Shown here piece after piece: positions 1-9,616 of a stretch of DNA of 64,000 nt. Source of the stretch: a virus. The notes under the pieces are model-generated. The model had not been told where the DNA came from. It did no database searches and saw only the letters and a list, made by a program, of their open reading frames with translations. The position numbers were made by a program, and so were the translations under genes. The stretch is from positions 22,484-86,483 of the IMG/VR virus record IMGVR_UViG_3300020109_000011; one strand, given 5' to 3'. Positions within the stretch are counted from its first letter, which is position 1. Each line of letters begins with the position of its first letter.

Positions 1-17
1 TCCTGCCGCCGAGCGCG

Positions 18-1883
18 ATGATCGCGGCCGTCCCGGCCGACCAGGTCACCGCCGCGCTGCCCGAGACGGTGGCCGTGGACAGCCAGGACGCGCTGGACCC
101 CGAGCTCGCATCCGAGCAGGGCTGGGTGGCCTACGCGGTCGTGGACGACCTGGACCCCGGTGCCGTGCTCGACCTCATCCGGCTGCGCCGGGGAGCGACC
201 GGGCCCGAGCTCGTGGCCTACCGCAACGGCGCCTGGAGCGAGGCGCCGGAGATCCTGGCCGACCTCCAGGGCGTGCAGCCCCCGCCGCTGGTGGAGCTCG
301 ACCAGGCCCAGCAGGCCAGCGTGCTGGAGCAGATCGGCGGCGTGCCCGAGGGCAGCGAGGACTCCGGCGACCCGGGCGAGGGCCTGGACGAGGCCGACAA
401 GGTTCCGCCGCTGGCCGCTGCCGCCTTCGGCCGGAAGACCCCGGACCGCCTGGGCGCCCTGCTGGCCGACGCGCCCCTGACCGTGAGCCCGGACCCGCGC
501 GCCGAGAAGCTGCGCCGGTACTGGACCACCGGGAAGGGCGCGGCGAAGATCCGCTGGGGCACCCCCGGCGACTGGACCCGGTGCTACCGCCAGCTGCGCA
601 AGCACATGGGGCTGCGGGCCAAGGGCTACTGCCAGAACCTGCACAAGCGCGCCACCGGCATGTGGGCCGGTGACCGAGGCAACCGGGGCGGCGGACGTGC
701 TGCCGCCCTGGCGGCGGCTGGAACCCCAGCTGCCCAGTCGATGGAGGTCGCGCTGGTCGCGGCCGTGTCAACCGGGCGCTGGTTCTGCCCGGAGGGAGGC
801 ACCACCATGCTGAAGGACGGCATCTACGTGGAGGGCGGCGAGAACGTCGCGCTGCTGCGGACGCTCACCGCCGGGGGCTTCCCGGTCGCGCCGCCGGACG
901 AGTGGTTCGAGAACCCCCAGCTGGACGGCCCGACGCCGCTCACGGTAGACGACGACGGCCGGGTCTACGGCCACATCGCCACCCGCGACGTGTCGCACAT
1001 CGGCCTGCCGGGCCGGGTCAAGGCGCCGATCTCGAAGACGGACTACGCCTACTTCAAGACCGGCCAGCTGGTGACCGCCAGCGGTCGGAAGGTCAACGTC
1101 GGGCAGCTGACCCTGGCCGGGGGCCACGCGCCCCTCCAGGCCGACGCAGCGGCGGCCGTGGCCCACTACGACAACACCGCCAGCGCGGTGGCCGACCTCA
1201 ACGCCGGGGACGACCAGTGGGGCATCTGGGTGGCCGGGGCCGTGCGCCCGGAGGTCACCCCCTCCCAGCTGCGCACGCTGCGCGCCAGCGCGCCGTCGGG
1301 CGACTGGCGGCCGATCAACGGTCGGCTGGAGCTCGTGGCCTGCTGCCAGGTCAACGTGCCCGGCTTCCCGGTCGTGCGCGCCCGGGTGGCCAGCGGCGCC
1401 ATCACCAGCCTGGTGGCGGCCGGTGCGGGGCCGCTCTACGCCCGGCGCCTGGCGCTGATGGCCGACGCGGCCACGGCCGAGCGCATCACCGCGCTGGAGA
1501 ACGCCGTCTTCGCCCAGCTGACCGCCGGGCTGGAGGACCCCAGCGAGGTCATCGTGGCCGACGGGGAGGGCGAGGGCCTGGATGGCGGGGAGCCGATCTC
1601 CGAGGAGCAGGCAGCGGCCGAGGGCCTGGAGGACGAGGACCCGGCGGCCGAGCCGGAGATCAGCGACGCCGTGAAGCGCGCACGGGAGGCCGTGGCCGCG
1701 CGGAAGGCGGCCCAGCCTGCTGAGGCGGCCGTGGAGGCCACGGAGGAGCCTCCGGCACCCGAGGAGACCAGCACCGACCCCGCCAAGGCCACGGACGAGG
1801 ACAAGGAGCGCGCCGACCGGCTGGCCGCGCTGCGCGCGCGGGTGCACGGCAACCGCGAGCCGGTCGCCGCCTCCGGCTCCTGA
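18..1883 (+). CDS. Capsid maturation protease / head morphogenesis protein (probably 5'-truncated by window edge)
   Basis: Actinophage head-protease-like segment (GRVYGHIA...GGHA...HYDNT...GIWVAG...SGDWR...VNVPGFP) plus an upstream RRYW..GKGAAKIRWGTPGD..RC module. The frame is open back to the window start and lies upstream of the capsid gene. Confidence 0.75.
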   Translation: MIAAVPADQVTAALPETVAVDSQDALDPELASEQGWVAYAVVDDLDPGAVLDLIRLRRGATGPELVAYRNGAWSEAPEILADLQGVQPPPLVELDQAQQASVLEQIGGVPEGSEDSGDPGEGLDEADKVPPLAAAAFGRKTPDRLGALLADAPLTVSPDPRAEKLRRYWTTGKGAAKIRWGTPGDWTRCYRQLRKHMGLRAKGYCQNLHKRATGMWAGDRGNRGGGRAAALAAAGTPAAQSMEVALVAAVSTGRWFCPEGGTTMLKDGIYVEGGENVALLRTLTAGGFPVAPPDEWFENPQLDGPTPLTVDDDGRVYGHIATRDVSHIGLPGRVKAPISKTDYAYFKTGQLVTASGRKVNVGQLTLAGGHAPLQADAAAAVAHYDNTASAVADLNAGDDQWGIWVAGAVRPEVTPSQLRTLRASAPSGDWRPINGRLELVACCQVNVPGFPVVRARVASGAITSLVAAGAGPLYARRLALMADAATAERITALENAVFAQLTAGLEDPSEVIVADGEGEGLDGGEPISEEQAAAEGLEDEDPAAEPEISDAVKRAREAVAARKAAQPAEAAVEATEEPPAPEETSTDPAKATDEDKERADRLAALRARVHGNREPVAASGS

Positions 1884-1920
1884 CCTCCGACCCGGCCTGC
1901 CCACCCCCGAGAGGACCCGC

Positions 1921-3957
1921 GTGCTGACGACCGCCGAGCGCCTGGATGTGCTGGAGCGCGCGGTGACCGCCGCCTTCGACCCCAGCCAGCCGCGCGACAA
2001 GAACGGCCGCTGGATCGACACGTTCTCCTCGGTGCACTTCTCCACCGGCCTCATGGGGAAGAAGCGGGCAGGCCGGGTCGCCGGTCCCACCGCCGGGAAG
2101 CCCGGCTACTTCGACGTGGTGGAGAGCGGCAGCGGCAAGCGCACCAGCATCCGCTCGGACAAGCTGGAGGTCATCGACGCCCGGGCCCGGCTGGACACCG
2201 GCCTGGACGAGGCGACTCGGGGGCTGATCGACCGGACCAGCCAGCGTCTGGGCCCTGGGGCACCGTCGGCGCCCGCGCCCGCGCCTGCACCGGCTCCCGT
2301 GCCGGAGGCGCCCCGGCCGGTTGACACGCCCGCCCCGGTCATCGACATGGCCCAGCGGGCCCCGAGCCTGCCCGGTCGCAAGACCGCCGAGGAGGCTCCG
2401 GCCGGGGAGCGGTTCCACGCGAAGGGACCCGACGGGCAGGGCCTCCAGCTGCTGCTGGCGGGCAAGGCCCGTCGGTCCGACGGCGGCTGGACGATCATCG
2501 GCCACGACCAGGAGGGCAACTCCCACCGCGTCGTGGTCCCGCCCGGCGGCACGCTGCGGACGATCCAGCCCGACGCACCCTGGCCGGACACCCGCAACGT
2601 GCCCGAGCCCCCGAAGGACCCCCAGAAGCCGGGCACGCCGCGCGGCAACGCCACGCTGGAGGATCTGGAGGCCGAGGCCGCCGCCAACGGCGAGATCGTG
2701 CTGTACCACGGCGGCCTGCCCGAGGGCACCGGGATGGACGACATCGACCTGGGCCGCGCCGGGAGCCAGCAGAACAAGAAGGGGAAGTCCTACGGCGGCT
2801 TCTACCTGACCGACCCCGGCTCGAAGGACTGGTCCACCGACTACGCGCGGGGCCGCAACGGGGTCATGCACGGCTTCCGGGTCAGCAAGGACGCGAAGGT
2901 CGGCGACCTGGGCAGCAAGAACATCGACCGCCTGTCGGCGAACGAGCGCGCGTCCCTGGCCGAGCAGTTCGACGTGGTCAAGGGCAAGGACACGATGGGC
3001 CGCGACCAGTACGTCCTGCTCAACAAGGACGCCATCTCGGGCGTGGGCGAGACCAACGTGGGGCTGGGCCGCACGGGCAACGTCGGGACCCGGCCGGTGG
3101 CCGCCGCACTGCTGGCTGCGCCGCCCCCGGCTGGGGGCCCGGCGCACCGGATCGCGGCCGACTACGGCGCCAAGAGCAAGAAGAAGGGCCGGAAGGTCGC
3201 CACGAAGGCCGGGGAGAAGCGCTACGGCCTGCCCATCGGCACCCCGCTGGGCCAGGGCAAGGCGAAGAACGAGCAGGACGCCTACAAGCGCTTCACCGAC
3301 CAGAAGACCCCGGCCGACCTCGCGCGAACCGCCTCGTACATGAGCAACGGCGACCTGGCCCTGACGGCCAAGGCCGTGTTCGGCGTGAAGGGCCAGAACG
3401 AGTGGGACAAGGCCGCGCAGATCGCGCTGGTGAAGGAGCTCGCCCAGCGGGGGATCGACCCGCACGGGCTGGGCTACGAGGGCGGCTTCGTCGCGCTGAA
3501 CCCGAACCCGAAGAAGGACCCGACGATCAAGGCGGCGAAGAAGCCGAAGGCCTCCGAGCTCCCTGACAGCGTGGACGCCGAGAAGCTGTCCGACGCGGAC
3601 CTGAGCGTGCTGGCCGAAGCTGGCTGGAAGGGCCGGGCCGACGACCAGCGCGAAGCTCTCTACGCCCCGGAGAATCCCGGACCGCTGCCGTCCGGCCGCC
3701 TGAGCCAGCCCGCCAAGGAGATGCTGCTGGCCCAGGGCTGGCGGACACAGGGCGACCAGCTGGTGCCGCCGAAGACGCAGGTCGAGAAGGAGAACGAGCG
3801 CCTGGCCCGGGAGGCCGAGAGCACGGCCAAGAAGGCCGAGACCGAGCGGAAGAAGGCCGAGGCCGAGGCCGAGAAGGCGCGCAAGGCGGCCGAGCGCCAG
3901 GCCGAGCGCGAGCGGCTGGCGGCCGAGGAGTTGGCGACCATCCCCCGGCGCCGCTGA
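1921..3957 (+). CDS. Head-associated multidomain protein with a putative ADP-ribosyltransferase-like domain
   Basis: N-terminal FDPSQPRDKNGRW motif typical of phage head proteins; central LYHGG...YGGFYLT...DYA ART-like pattern; GEKRYGLPIGT motif; C-terminal coiled coil; GAGGA RBS before the GTG start. Confidence 0.55.
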   Translation: MLTTAERLDVLERAVTAAFDPSQPRDKNGRWIDTFSSVHFSTGLMGKKRAGRVAGPTAGKPGYFDVVESGSGKRTSIRSDKLEVIDARARLDTGLDEATRGLIDRTSQRLGPGAPSAPAPAPAPAPVPEAPRPVDTPAPVIDMAQRAPSLPGRKTAEEAPAGERFHAKGPDGQGLQLLLAGKARRSDGGWTIIGHDQEGNSHRVVVPPGGTLRTIQPDAPWPDTRNVPEPPKDPQKPGTPRGNATLEDLEAEAAANGEIVLYHGGLPEGTGMDDIDLGRAGSQQNKKGKSYGGFYLTDPGSKDWSTDYARGRNGVMHGFRVSKDAKVGDLGSKNIDRLSANERASLAEQFDVVKGKDTMGRDQYVLLNKDAISGVGETNVGLGRTGNVGTRPVAAALLAAPPPAGGPAHRIAADYGAKSKKKGRKVATKAGEKRYGLPIGTPLGQGKAKNEQDAYKRFTDQKTPADLARTASYMSNGDLALTAKAVFGVKGQNEWDKAAQIALVKELAQRGIDPHGLGYEGGFVALNPNPKKDPTIKAAKKPKASELPDSVDAEKLSDADLSVLAEAGWKGRADDQREALYAPENPGPLPSGRLSQPAKEMLLAQGWRTQGDQLVPPKTQVEKENERLAREAESTAKKAETERKKAEAEAEKARKAAERQAERERLAAEELATIPRRR

Positions 3958-3970
3958 CCGGTTGACACGA

Positions 3971-4005
3971 CAGAGGCCCCCCGCCCGATGGGCGAGGGGC
4001 CTCTG
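3971..4005. terminator. Hairpin terminator between convergent genes
   Basis: CAGAGGCCCC-C-CGCCC-GAT-GGGCG-A-GGGGCCTCTG inverted repeat. Confidence 0.7.
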
Positions 4006-4023
4006 TGCTGAGAAGGGGGCTTA

Positions 4024-4443
4024 TCAGCCCTCGTCGGCCTGGTTGGCCTCGTCCAGCTTGGCCATCGCGGCCTCGTCGTCCTCGTTGACCTCCTCGGCGG
4101 TGAACTCGTACTCCCCCGCCTCGCCGGTCAGACCGGCCACGAGCGCGTCGAACGACGCCTGCTCGGCGGCGGTCAGCTTGCCCTCGGCGACGGCCTTCTT
4201 CGCCTCCAGGTAGGCCTCGTAGTCGCGGTTCTCCGCGAGCTCCAGCGCCTTCTGCGCGCCGGAGGCCATCTTGCGGAGCTCGCCGACCACGGCCTTCAGC
4301 ACGCGGACCTGCTTCTCCTGGGTCATGTTCGGCTTGCCGGAGACGGCCGCCGCGATGGCCAGCGCGGACTTCCGCAGCTTGTGCCGGTACGGGGTGAGGG
4401 TCTTCGGCTCGACCTTCGGCGTCTCGTTCGTGGGCTCGGTCAT
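4024..4443 (-). CDS. Hypothetical protein (helical, acidic C-terminus)
   Basis: Start MTEPTNE at 4443 with GAGAGGA RBS; strong GC3 codon bias; overlaps the upstream stop (ATGA). Confidence 0.75.
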   Translation of the reverse strand: MTEPTNETPKVEPKTLTPYRHKLRKSALAIAAAVSGKPNMTQEKQVRVLKAVVGELRKMASGAQKALELAENRDYEAYLEAKKAVAEGKLTAAEQASFDALVAGLTGEAGEYEFTAEEVNEDDEAAMAKLDEANQADEG

Positions 4444-4697
4444 CGGGCGGTCCTCTCGTCGGTGGTGCGGTCGCTGGTGGTCCCGGACTTCGGGGCGTAG
4501 TGCCCCGCCGCCCAGACGGCGGTCCCCAGGATCAGGACCACGCCCGCGAGGGGCGAGGCCTGGGCGAGCAGGAAGACCGTGATCGCCCAGAGGACCCACT
4601 TCGTCCTCGGGCTCTCGTCCTGTGCGGGCTTCCGCTCCCGGGTGCTGGCCACGAAGACGGGGCCGACCTGGACGCCCACGGTGCTGTGCTCGCTCAT
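4440..4697 (-). CDS. Small membrane protein
   Basis: Hydrophobic stretch WVLWAITVFLL...VVLILGTAVW; GGGAGGA RBS. Confidence 0.65.
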   Translation of the reverse strand: MSEHSTVGVQVGPVFVASTRERKPAQDESPRTKWVLWAITVFLLAQASPLAGVVLILGTAVWAAGHYAPKSGTTSDRTTDERTAR

Positions 4698-4736
4698 GCC
4701 GGTCCTCCCTCGGGGCTCTGCTTACCGTGCCTGCCA

Positions 4737-4765
4737 AGAATAGCAGGTCTCTCAACACTGTCAAC
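4737..4765 (-). promoter_or_regulatory. Family promoter TTGACA-GTG-TTGAGA-N7-TATTCT
   Basis: Variant of the repeated promoter; points at 4697. Confidence 0.6.
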
Positions 4766-4897
4766 TAGATCTTGCGGCGTGCCCTCACCCGGACGAGTGC
4801 TGTACCGTCTGCCAACGAGAAACGACGGTCGGTGACCACTCCCGATGCGCTCGGACCCTCCGGTGATGTAGCTGACCCTCTACCGGAGGACCCTTTC

Positions 4898-6613
4898 ATG
4901 GACCCCCTCGCCGACTTCCAGGGCGACCTGGACCGTCTGGCCGATCTCAGCGACGACGAGCTCCGCGACCTGGAGACCCGTCTGGTGGACGCCTTCGACG
5001 CGGCCGACCAGGGCGGGGACGACACCGCCGCCGGTCAGCTGGCCGACGCGCTGGACACCGTCCGCAACGAGATCAGCCAGCGTTCCGAGGCGCCCCCGGC
5101 CGAGCCGGTGGCCGCGTCCGTCCAGGCCCCCGACGGCCCGACGGAGCCCACCGAGCTCCCCTCCCCGGAGAGCCCCAACGCGGGCTCCCCCGACGGTCCG
5201 GCTCCCGAGACGCCGGTCGCCACCCCGCCCGCCACCCCCGCCCCCAACACCGAGCAGGAGAGCACCCCCGTGACCGCTTCCGTCGAGGTCATCGAGCCGC
5301 AGGTCCCCGAGGGCCGCGCGCCCGTCGCCGTCAGCACGGGCTTCACCAACACCATCGTCGCGGGCGCGGGTGTCCCCAACATGGAGACCGGCCAGGTCTT
5401 CAGCGACCTGCGCGACGTGGCCCTGAAGATGGGCCGCAAGATCGAGCAGCTGGCCGGTCTCGGCGGCAACGGCGAGAAGGTGCTGGTCGCCTCCATCCGC
5501 AACGACATCCCGCAGGACCGCTGGCTGTCCTTCGGCGACCCCATCGGCAACCGCGAGAAGATCGACGCGGCCATCAACCTGGACACCCTCCGGGCCAACG
5601 CCGAGCAGATGGGCATGACGGCGGCCGGTGGCTGCTGCGCGCCGCTGGAGACCCGCTACGACCTGTTCGGCATCGGCGACACCGACCGGCCGGTCAAGGC
5701 CTCCCTCACCGGCTTCGGCGCCGACCGGGGCGGCATCCGCTTCTTCGAGGGCCCGACGCTGGACCAGGTGGCCGCCGCCACCGGCTTCTGGACCTGCGCC
5801 GACGACGCCGCCGTGGACGCGGCCGACCCCGACACCTGGAAGGTCTGCGCCCGCGTGGACTGCCCGGACGAGGCCGAGGCGCTGGTCCAGGCCGTCACCT
5901 TCTGCCTCACCTTCGGCGTGATGCAGAGCCGGGTCTTCCCGGAGATGGTCACGGCCAACACGAACCTGGCGATGGTCTCCCAGGCCCGTCTGGCCGAGTC
6001 GGCCCTGCTGGCCCAGATCAAGGCCCAGTCCAAGGCCGTCAACGGCGGCACGGTGATCGCGGGGCTCTCCTTCCTGCGCTCGCTCCTGGTCACGGTGGAC
6101 CGCGCGGCGGCCTACTACCGCGACCGGCACCGCCTGGCCCCGGAGACCCCGCTGCGGGCCCGGTTCCCCGTCTGGATGCTGTCGGCCATCGACGCCGACC
6201 TGGTCCTCCAGCCGCCGTCCACGGCGCAGATGGCCGACAACTTCGGCATGAGCCGTGACGAGGTGCTGTCCTTCTTCGCGGACCGCAACATCAACGTCAC
6301 CTGGACCCTGGACACCCCGAACCCCGCCACGAACGGTGGCGGCCAGTACGGGGCGCTCGCGGCGGCCGGGACCATCCCGGACTTCCCGTCCACGATGGAG
6401 TGGTCGCTGTCCATCGAGGGCTCGTTCCTCTACCTGGACGGCGGCCAGCTGGACCTCGGCATCGTCCGGGACTCCACGCTGGTCCGGACCAACGACTACC
6501 AGACCTTCTCGGAGACCTTCGAGTCGGTCGCGCGCGTCGGCGGCGAGGCCCTGTGGGTCACCTCGCCGGTCCAGGTCACCGGCCGGTACGCCGGTCCGCT
6601 GGTCTACGCCTGA
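4898..6613 (+). CDS. Major capsid (hexamer-type) protein
   Basis: TAAGGCCAP.E..YDL...RGGIRF motif as in mycobacteriophage cluster-B-like capsid proteins; LDLGIVRDSTLVRTNDYQTFSETFE C-terminus; GGAGGA RBS before ATG 4898. Confidence 0.85.
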   Translation: MDPLADFQGDLDRLADLSDDELRDLETRLVDAFDAADQGGDDTAAGQLADALDTVRNEISQRSEAPPAEPVAASVQAPDGPTEPTELPSPESPNAGSPDGPAPETPVATPPATPAPNTEQESTPVTASVEVIEPQVPEGRAPVAVSTGFTNTIVAGAGVPNMETGQVFSDLRDVALKMGRKIEQLAGLGGNGEKVLVASIRNDIPQDRWLSFGDPIGNREKIDAAINLDTLRANAEQMGMTAAGGCCAPLETRYDLFGIGDTDRPVKASLTGFGADRGGIRFFEGPTLDQVAAATGFWTCADDAAVDAADPDTWKVCARVDCPDEAEALVQAVTFCLTFGVMQSRVFPEMVTANTNLAMVSQARLAESALLAQIKAQSKAVNGGTVIAGLSFLRSLLVTVDRAAAYYRDRHRLAPETPLRARFPVWMLSAIDADLVLQPPSTAQMADNFGMSRDEVLSFFADRNINVTWTLDTPNPATNGGGQYGALAAAGTIPDFPSTMEWSLSIEGSFLYLDGGQLDLGIVRDSTLVRTNDYQTFSETFESVARVGGEALWVTSPVQVTGRYAGPLVYA

Positions 6614-6660
6614 TCCGCCTCTCTGACCGGAGTGGTTGACACAGAGAGGAGAGGATCAGC

Positions 6661-7821
6661 GTGACGAGTCCGAACTACGTCCAGGACAACGCCGCGTCGG
6701 TCCGGGGTCGCGCGCTGCGCGTGACGGCCCTGGCCGACGACGGTGCCCCGGCCGTGGGCACCGAGTGCGACGTGTACCTGACCGGCGGCTTCATCTCGTT
6801 CCAGTTCACCCCGGAGTATTCGGACGGGGACGAGATCGAGGTCAAGAACGCGGCCGGTGAGACCTGCGTCTACTACAAGCTGCCCGACACCCTGAAGAAC
6901 GTCGGTCTCCAGCTGTCCATCTGCGACCCGGACCCCGTCCTGACGCAGATGCTGGTGGGTGGCACGGTGCTCACGGCGGCCGGGAACTCGGCCTACGCCC
7001 CGGCGGGGACCGACCCGGCCAGCGCGGTCGCGGTCGGCTACGCCTCCGGGCTGGCCGGTCAGGCGGCCACGCCCAACGGCGTGGCGGTCGAGGTCTGGGC
7101 CGACGCCATCGTCAACTCGCGCTCGGCCAGCCGGGCGCCGTTCTGGCACTACCTGTTCCCGTCGGCCCAGTTCAAGCTGGACGGCGACCGGGTGATCGAG
7201 AACGGCAACCTGGCCACGGCCTTCGCGGGCACGGGCGTCGGCAACGAGGCCTTCGGCACGGGTCCGAACATGGACCTGACCGGGGTCACCCCGACCCCGG
7301 CCGAGGGCATCTGGGACTGGCACTTCCCCGAGCACACGCAGAGCCCGTTCCTGTACGCCAGGACGTTCTCGGCGCCCATCGGGCTGAAGGGTCAGTTCGA
7401 CAACCTCGGCGTGCCCATCGTGGCGATCATCGCGGGCGACCCCGCGACGTTCAACCCGGTGAACGCCACCCGCCCGGCCGACATCGATGAGCTCGCCGAC
7501 CTCGGCGCGCTCGGCAACGTCGGTGCCTGGCAGTCCGGGCAGTACGTCACCCTGCGAGACGGGACCCAGGCCTACTGGGACGGCGACAGCTGGGAGGTCG
7601 GGGCTGCCCCGGCACCGGTCATCACCGCCACCGGGGCCAACGCGGGCTCGCCGGGTGCCTACACCCCCTCGGGTGCCACGCCCCCGGCCAACCTCGCGGC
7701 GCTGGACAGCGTCACGGCGAACCCGACCACGGCCTGGACCGCTGGTCAGTACGTCGTGCTCGCCAACAGCACGCTGGCGCACTGGGACGGCACCGACTGG
7801 GTGGCGGGCGCCGCCACCTGA
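6661..7821 (+). CDS. Major tail protein with duplicated C-terminal Trp-rich module
   Basis: RVT.L...G.P...YSDGDEIEVKNAAG..C...PDTLK pattern; follows the capsid gene. Confidence 0.8.
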   Translation: MTSPNYVQDNAASVRGRALRVTALADDGAPAVGTECDVYLTGGFISFQFTPEYSDGDEIEVKNAAGETCVYYKLPDTLKNVGLQLSICDPDPVLTQMLVGGTVLTAAGNSAYAPAGTDPASAVAVGYASGLAGQAATPNGVAVEVWADAIVNSRSASRAPFWHYLFPSAQFKLDGDRVIENGNLATAFAGTGVGNEAFGTGPNMDLTGVTPTPAEGIWDWHFPEHTQSPFLYARTFSAPIGLKGQFDNLGVPIVAIIAGDPATFNPVNATRPADIDELADLGALGNVGAWQSGQYVTLRDGTQAYWDGDSWEVGAAPAPVITATGANAGSPGAYTPSGATPPANLAALDSVTANPTTAWTAGQYVVLANSTLAHWDGTDWVAGAAT

Positions 7822-7872
7822 CCGCTCTGAGCGGTTGACACACCACGACGGCGGCGAGGACTGGAGGATCGG

Positions 7873-8580
7873 ATGCTCTGGGTGGACCCCACCGATCCCG
7901 AGGTCTTCGCCGCCGTCTCTGGTGTCGAGCTCGGCGAGGAGCCTGCGGACCCCGACCTCCAGCTGGAGGTCAACCGGGCCGTGGCCATCGCCAGCGAGCT
8001 CCTGACACTGGCCACCGGCCAGCTGATCCACCCCGCCGGGACCCGCACCGAGGAGTTCATCGGCCGGGGGACCAAGCGCTTCGCGCCCGTCTTCGGGCCC
8101 GTCATCGAGGTCGTGAGCCTGGTCCGTGTCGCGGCGGACGACACCGAGCGGCCCATGACTCACCGCCTGGTGGGCAACACCGTCTACCTGACCGGCGCGG
8201 CCGGAGGAGACACCGGCAGCGTGCCGCTGTGGCGGACCAACTGGGCGCCCAGCGGGAGCACCCAGGTGCACCGGCTGACCTACCGCTACGCCAGCACGCT
8301 CACCGCGACCGCGCGCGCGATGGCGCTGCACTACGCAGCCCAGTTCTTCGCCTGGCTGACCGGCGCCGACGACTGCGAGCTCCCCGACAACGTCACGAGC
8401 ATCGACCGTGAGGGCCTGGGGATCCAGCTGGCCACCCCGCAGGACTTCCTGGACCGGGGCCGCACCGGCATCGCCAAGATCGACACCTGGCTGGCCCAGG
8501 TCAACGCCAAGCGCGCGCTGCGCCCGTCGGCCGTCTACACGCCCGACAGCCCGCCCGGGGTGGCGGTGAGGCGCCAGTGA
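7873..8580 (+). CDS. Head-to-tail adaptor
   Basis: C.LP..VTSI.REGL...GRTGI..ID.WL..VN motif; synteny. Confidence 0.7.
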   Translation: MLWVDPTDPEVFAAVSGVELGEEPADPDLQLEVNRAVAIASELLTLATGQLIHPAGTRTEEFIGRGTKRFAPVFGPVIEVVSLVRVAADDTERPMTHRLVGNTVYLTGAAGGDTGSVPLWRTNWAPSGSTQVHRLTYRYASTLTATARAMALHYAAQFFAWLTGADDCELPDNVTSIDREGLGIQLATPQDFLDRGRTGIAKIDTWLAQVNAKRALRPSAVYTPDSPPGVAVRRQ

Positions 8581-9149
8581 GCGGCCCCATCTCCTACGCC
8601 CGCATGGACCCCTACTACGAGGCCCTGGCGGCCGAGCAGCAGGCCCAGGAGAACGAGGCGACCGGCACCAGCCAGAGCACTGGGGCGCCCGAGACGCTGG
8701 ACGCGATGGGTCACGCGCTGCTGGAGATCGTGGAGCAGGCGGCCGTCGCGCGCGGTGTGCAGCTGCCCGCCCGCCGCGTGGTCTACCCGGCGCCGATCCC
8801 GGCCGACTGCGAGCAGGTCGCGGTCCTGTTCACCGAGTGGTCCCCGACCCCCGGGCAGGACGGTCCGACCATCTGCCAGCCCTGGCGCTGGATCGCGCCG
8901 TTCTCCGTGGCCATCACCCGGTGCACCCCGGCCGCGCCGAAGATGAACAAGCCCCTGAGCTCGGTCACGGTCGAGGCGATGATGGCCGCCGCCAAGCTGG
9001 CCAGCGACGACGCCGAGGTCTTCCTGGAGGCCATGACCCGGCTGTCCGAGGTCGGCTCGGACGTGTCCATCGTGACCAACGCGCCCCAGGGCGGGATGCA
9101 GACGGTGGAGTGGAACGTGCCGCTGATCAGCGGCGGGAGCTTCCTCTGA
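8577..9149 (+). CDS. Neck / tail terminator-like protein
   Basis: Synteny, GTGA overlap, DC.Q..V...RC.P...QGG pattern. Confidence 0.5.
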   Translation: MSGPISYARMDPYYEALAAEQQAQENEATGTSQSTGAPETLDAMGHALLEIVEQAAVARGVQLPARRVVYPAPIPADCEQVAVLFTEWSPTPGQDGPTICQPWRWIAPFSVAITRCTPAAPKMNKPLSSVTVEAMMAAAKLASDDAEVFLEAMTRLSEVGSDVSIVTNAPQGGMQTVEWNVPLISGGSFL

Positions 9150-9565
9150 TGGCCGTGGACGTGGTGGTCGAGATCGATGAGGCCGCCCTGGCCAAGTTCC
9201 AGGGGTGGGAGGGTCCGGTCGGCAAGTCGGTCGAGCGGCTGGCCAAGGAGACGGTCTTCCGGCAGAAGGCCCTCCAGAAGAAGAAGTCCGGCGCGATGAC
9301 CCTGGGCACCCACTACATCAAGCGGACCTGGAAGCGGAACATCGGCTTCGACGCGGGCTCGGACGTGCCCTACGCGGCGGCCAACGACCAGGGCGCGAAG
9401 CCCCACAAGATCAAGGCGAAGAACGCCCCCGCGCTGGTCTTCTTCTGGCCCAAGGTCGGCCGCGTCGTGGCCTTCAAGTCGGTCAACCACCCCGGCAACA
9501 AGCCCTACAACTGGGCCATGCGGGGGCTGGAGCGCGCGCTCCGGATGTGGGAGCGGGGCGGTTGA
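9149..9565 (+). CDS. HK97 gp10-like neck/tail completion protein
   Basis: YAA....GAKPH.I..KN...L.F...VNHPG motif; TGATG coupling. Confidence 0.65.
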   Translation: MAVDVVVEIDEAALAKFQGWEGPVGKSVERLAKETVFRQKALQKKKSGAMTLGTHYIKRTWKRNIGFDAGSDVPYAAANDQGAKPHKIKAKNAPALVFFWPKVGRVVAFKSVNHPGNKPYNWAMRGLERALRMWERGG

Positions 9566-9616
9566 CACACTGAGCTCGTCCGCACGACCAGCACCACGCG
9601 ATGAGATGGAGATGAG

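Noticed and set aside
4772-4897. Longer upstream starts given by the ORF track (capsid 4772; also 20560, 26921, 33531, 54907, 56608, 61999)
   Set aside because: These extensions run through promoter boxes or lack an RBS; the downstream starts have a clear RBS or leaderless geometry.
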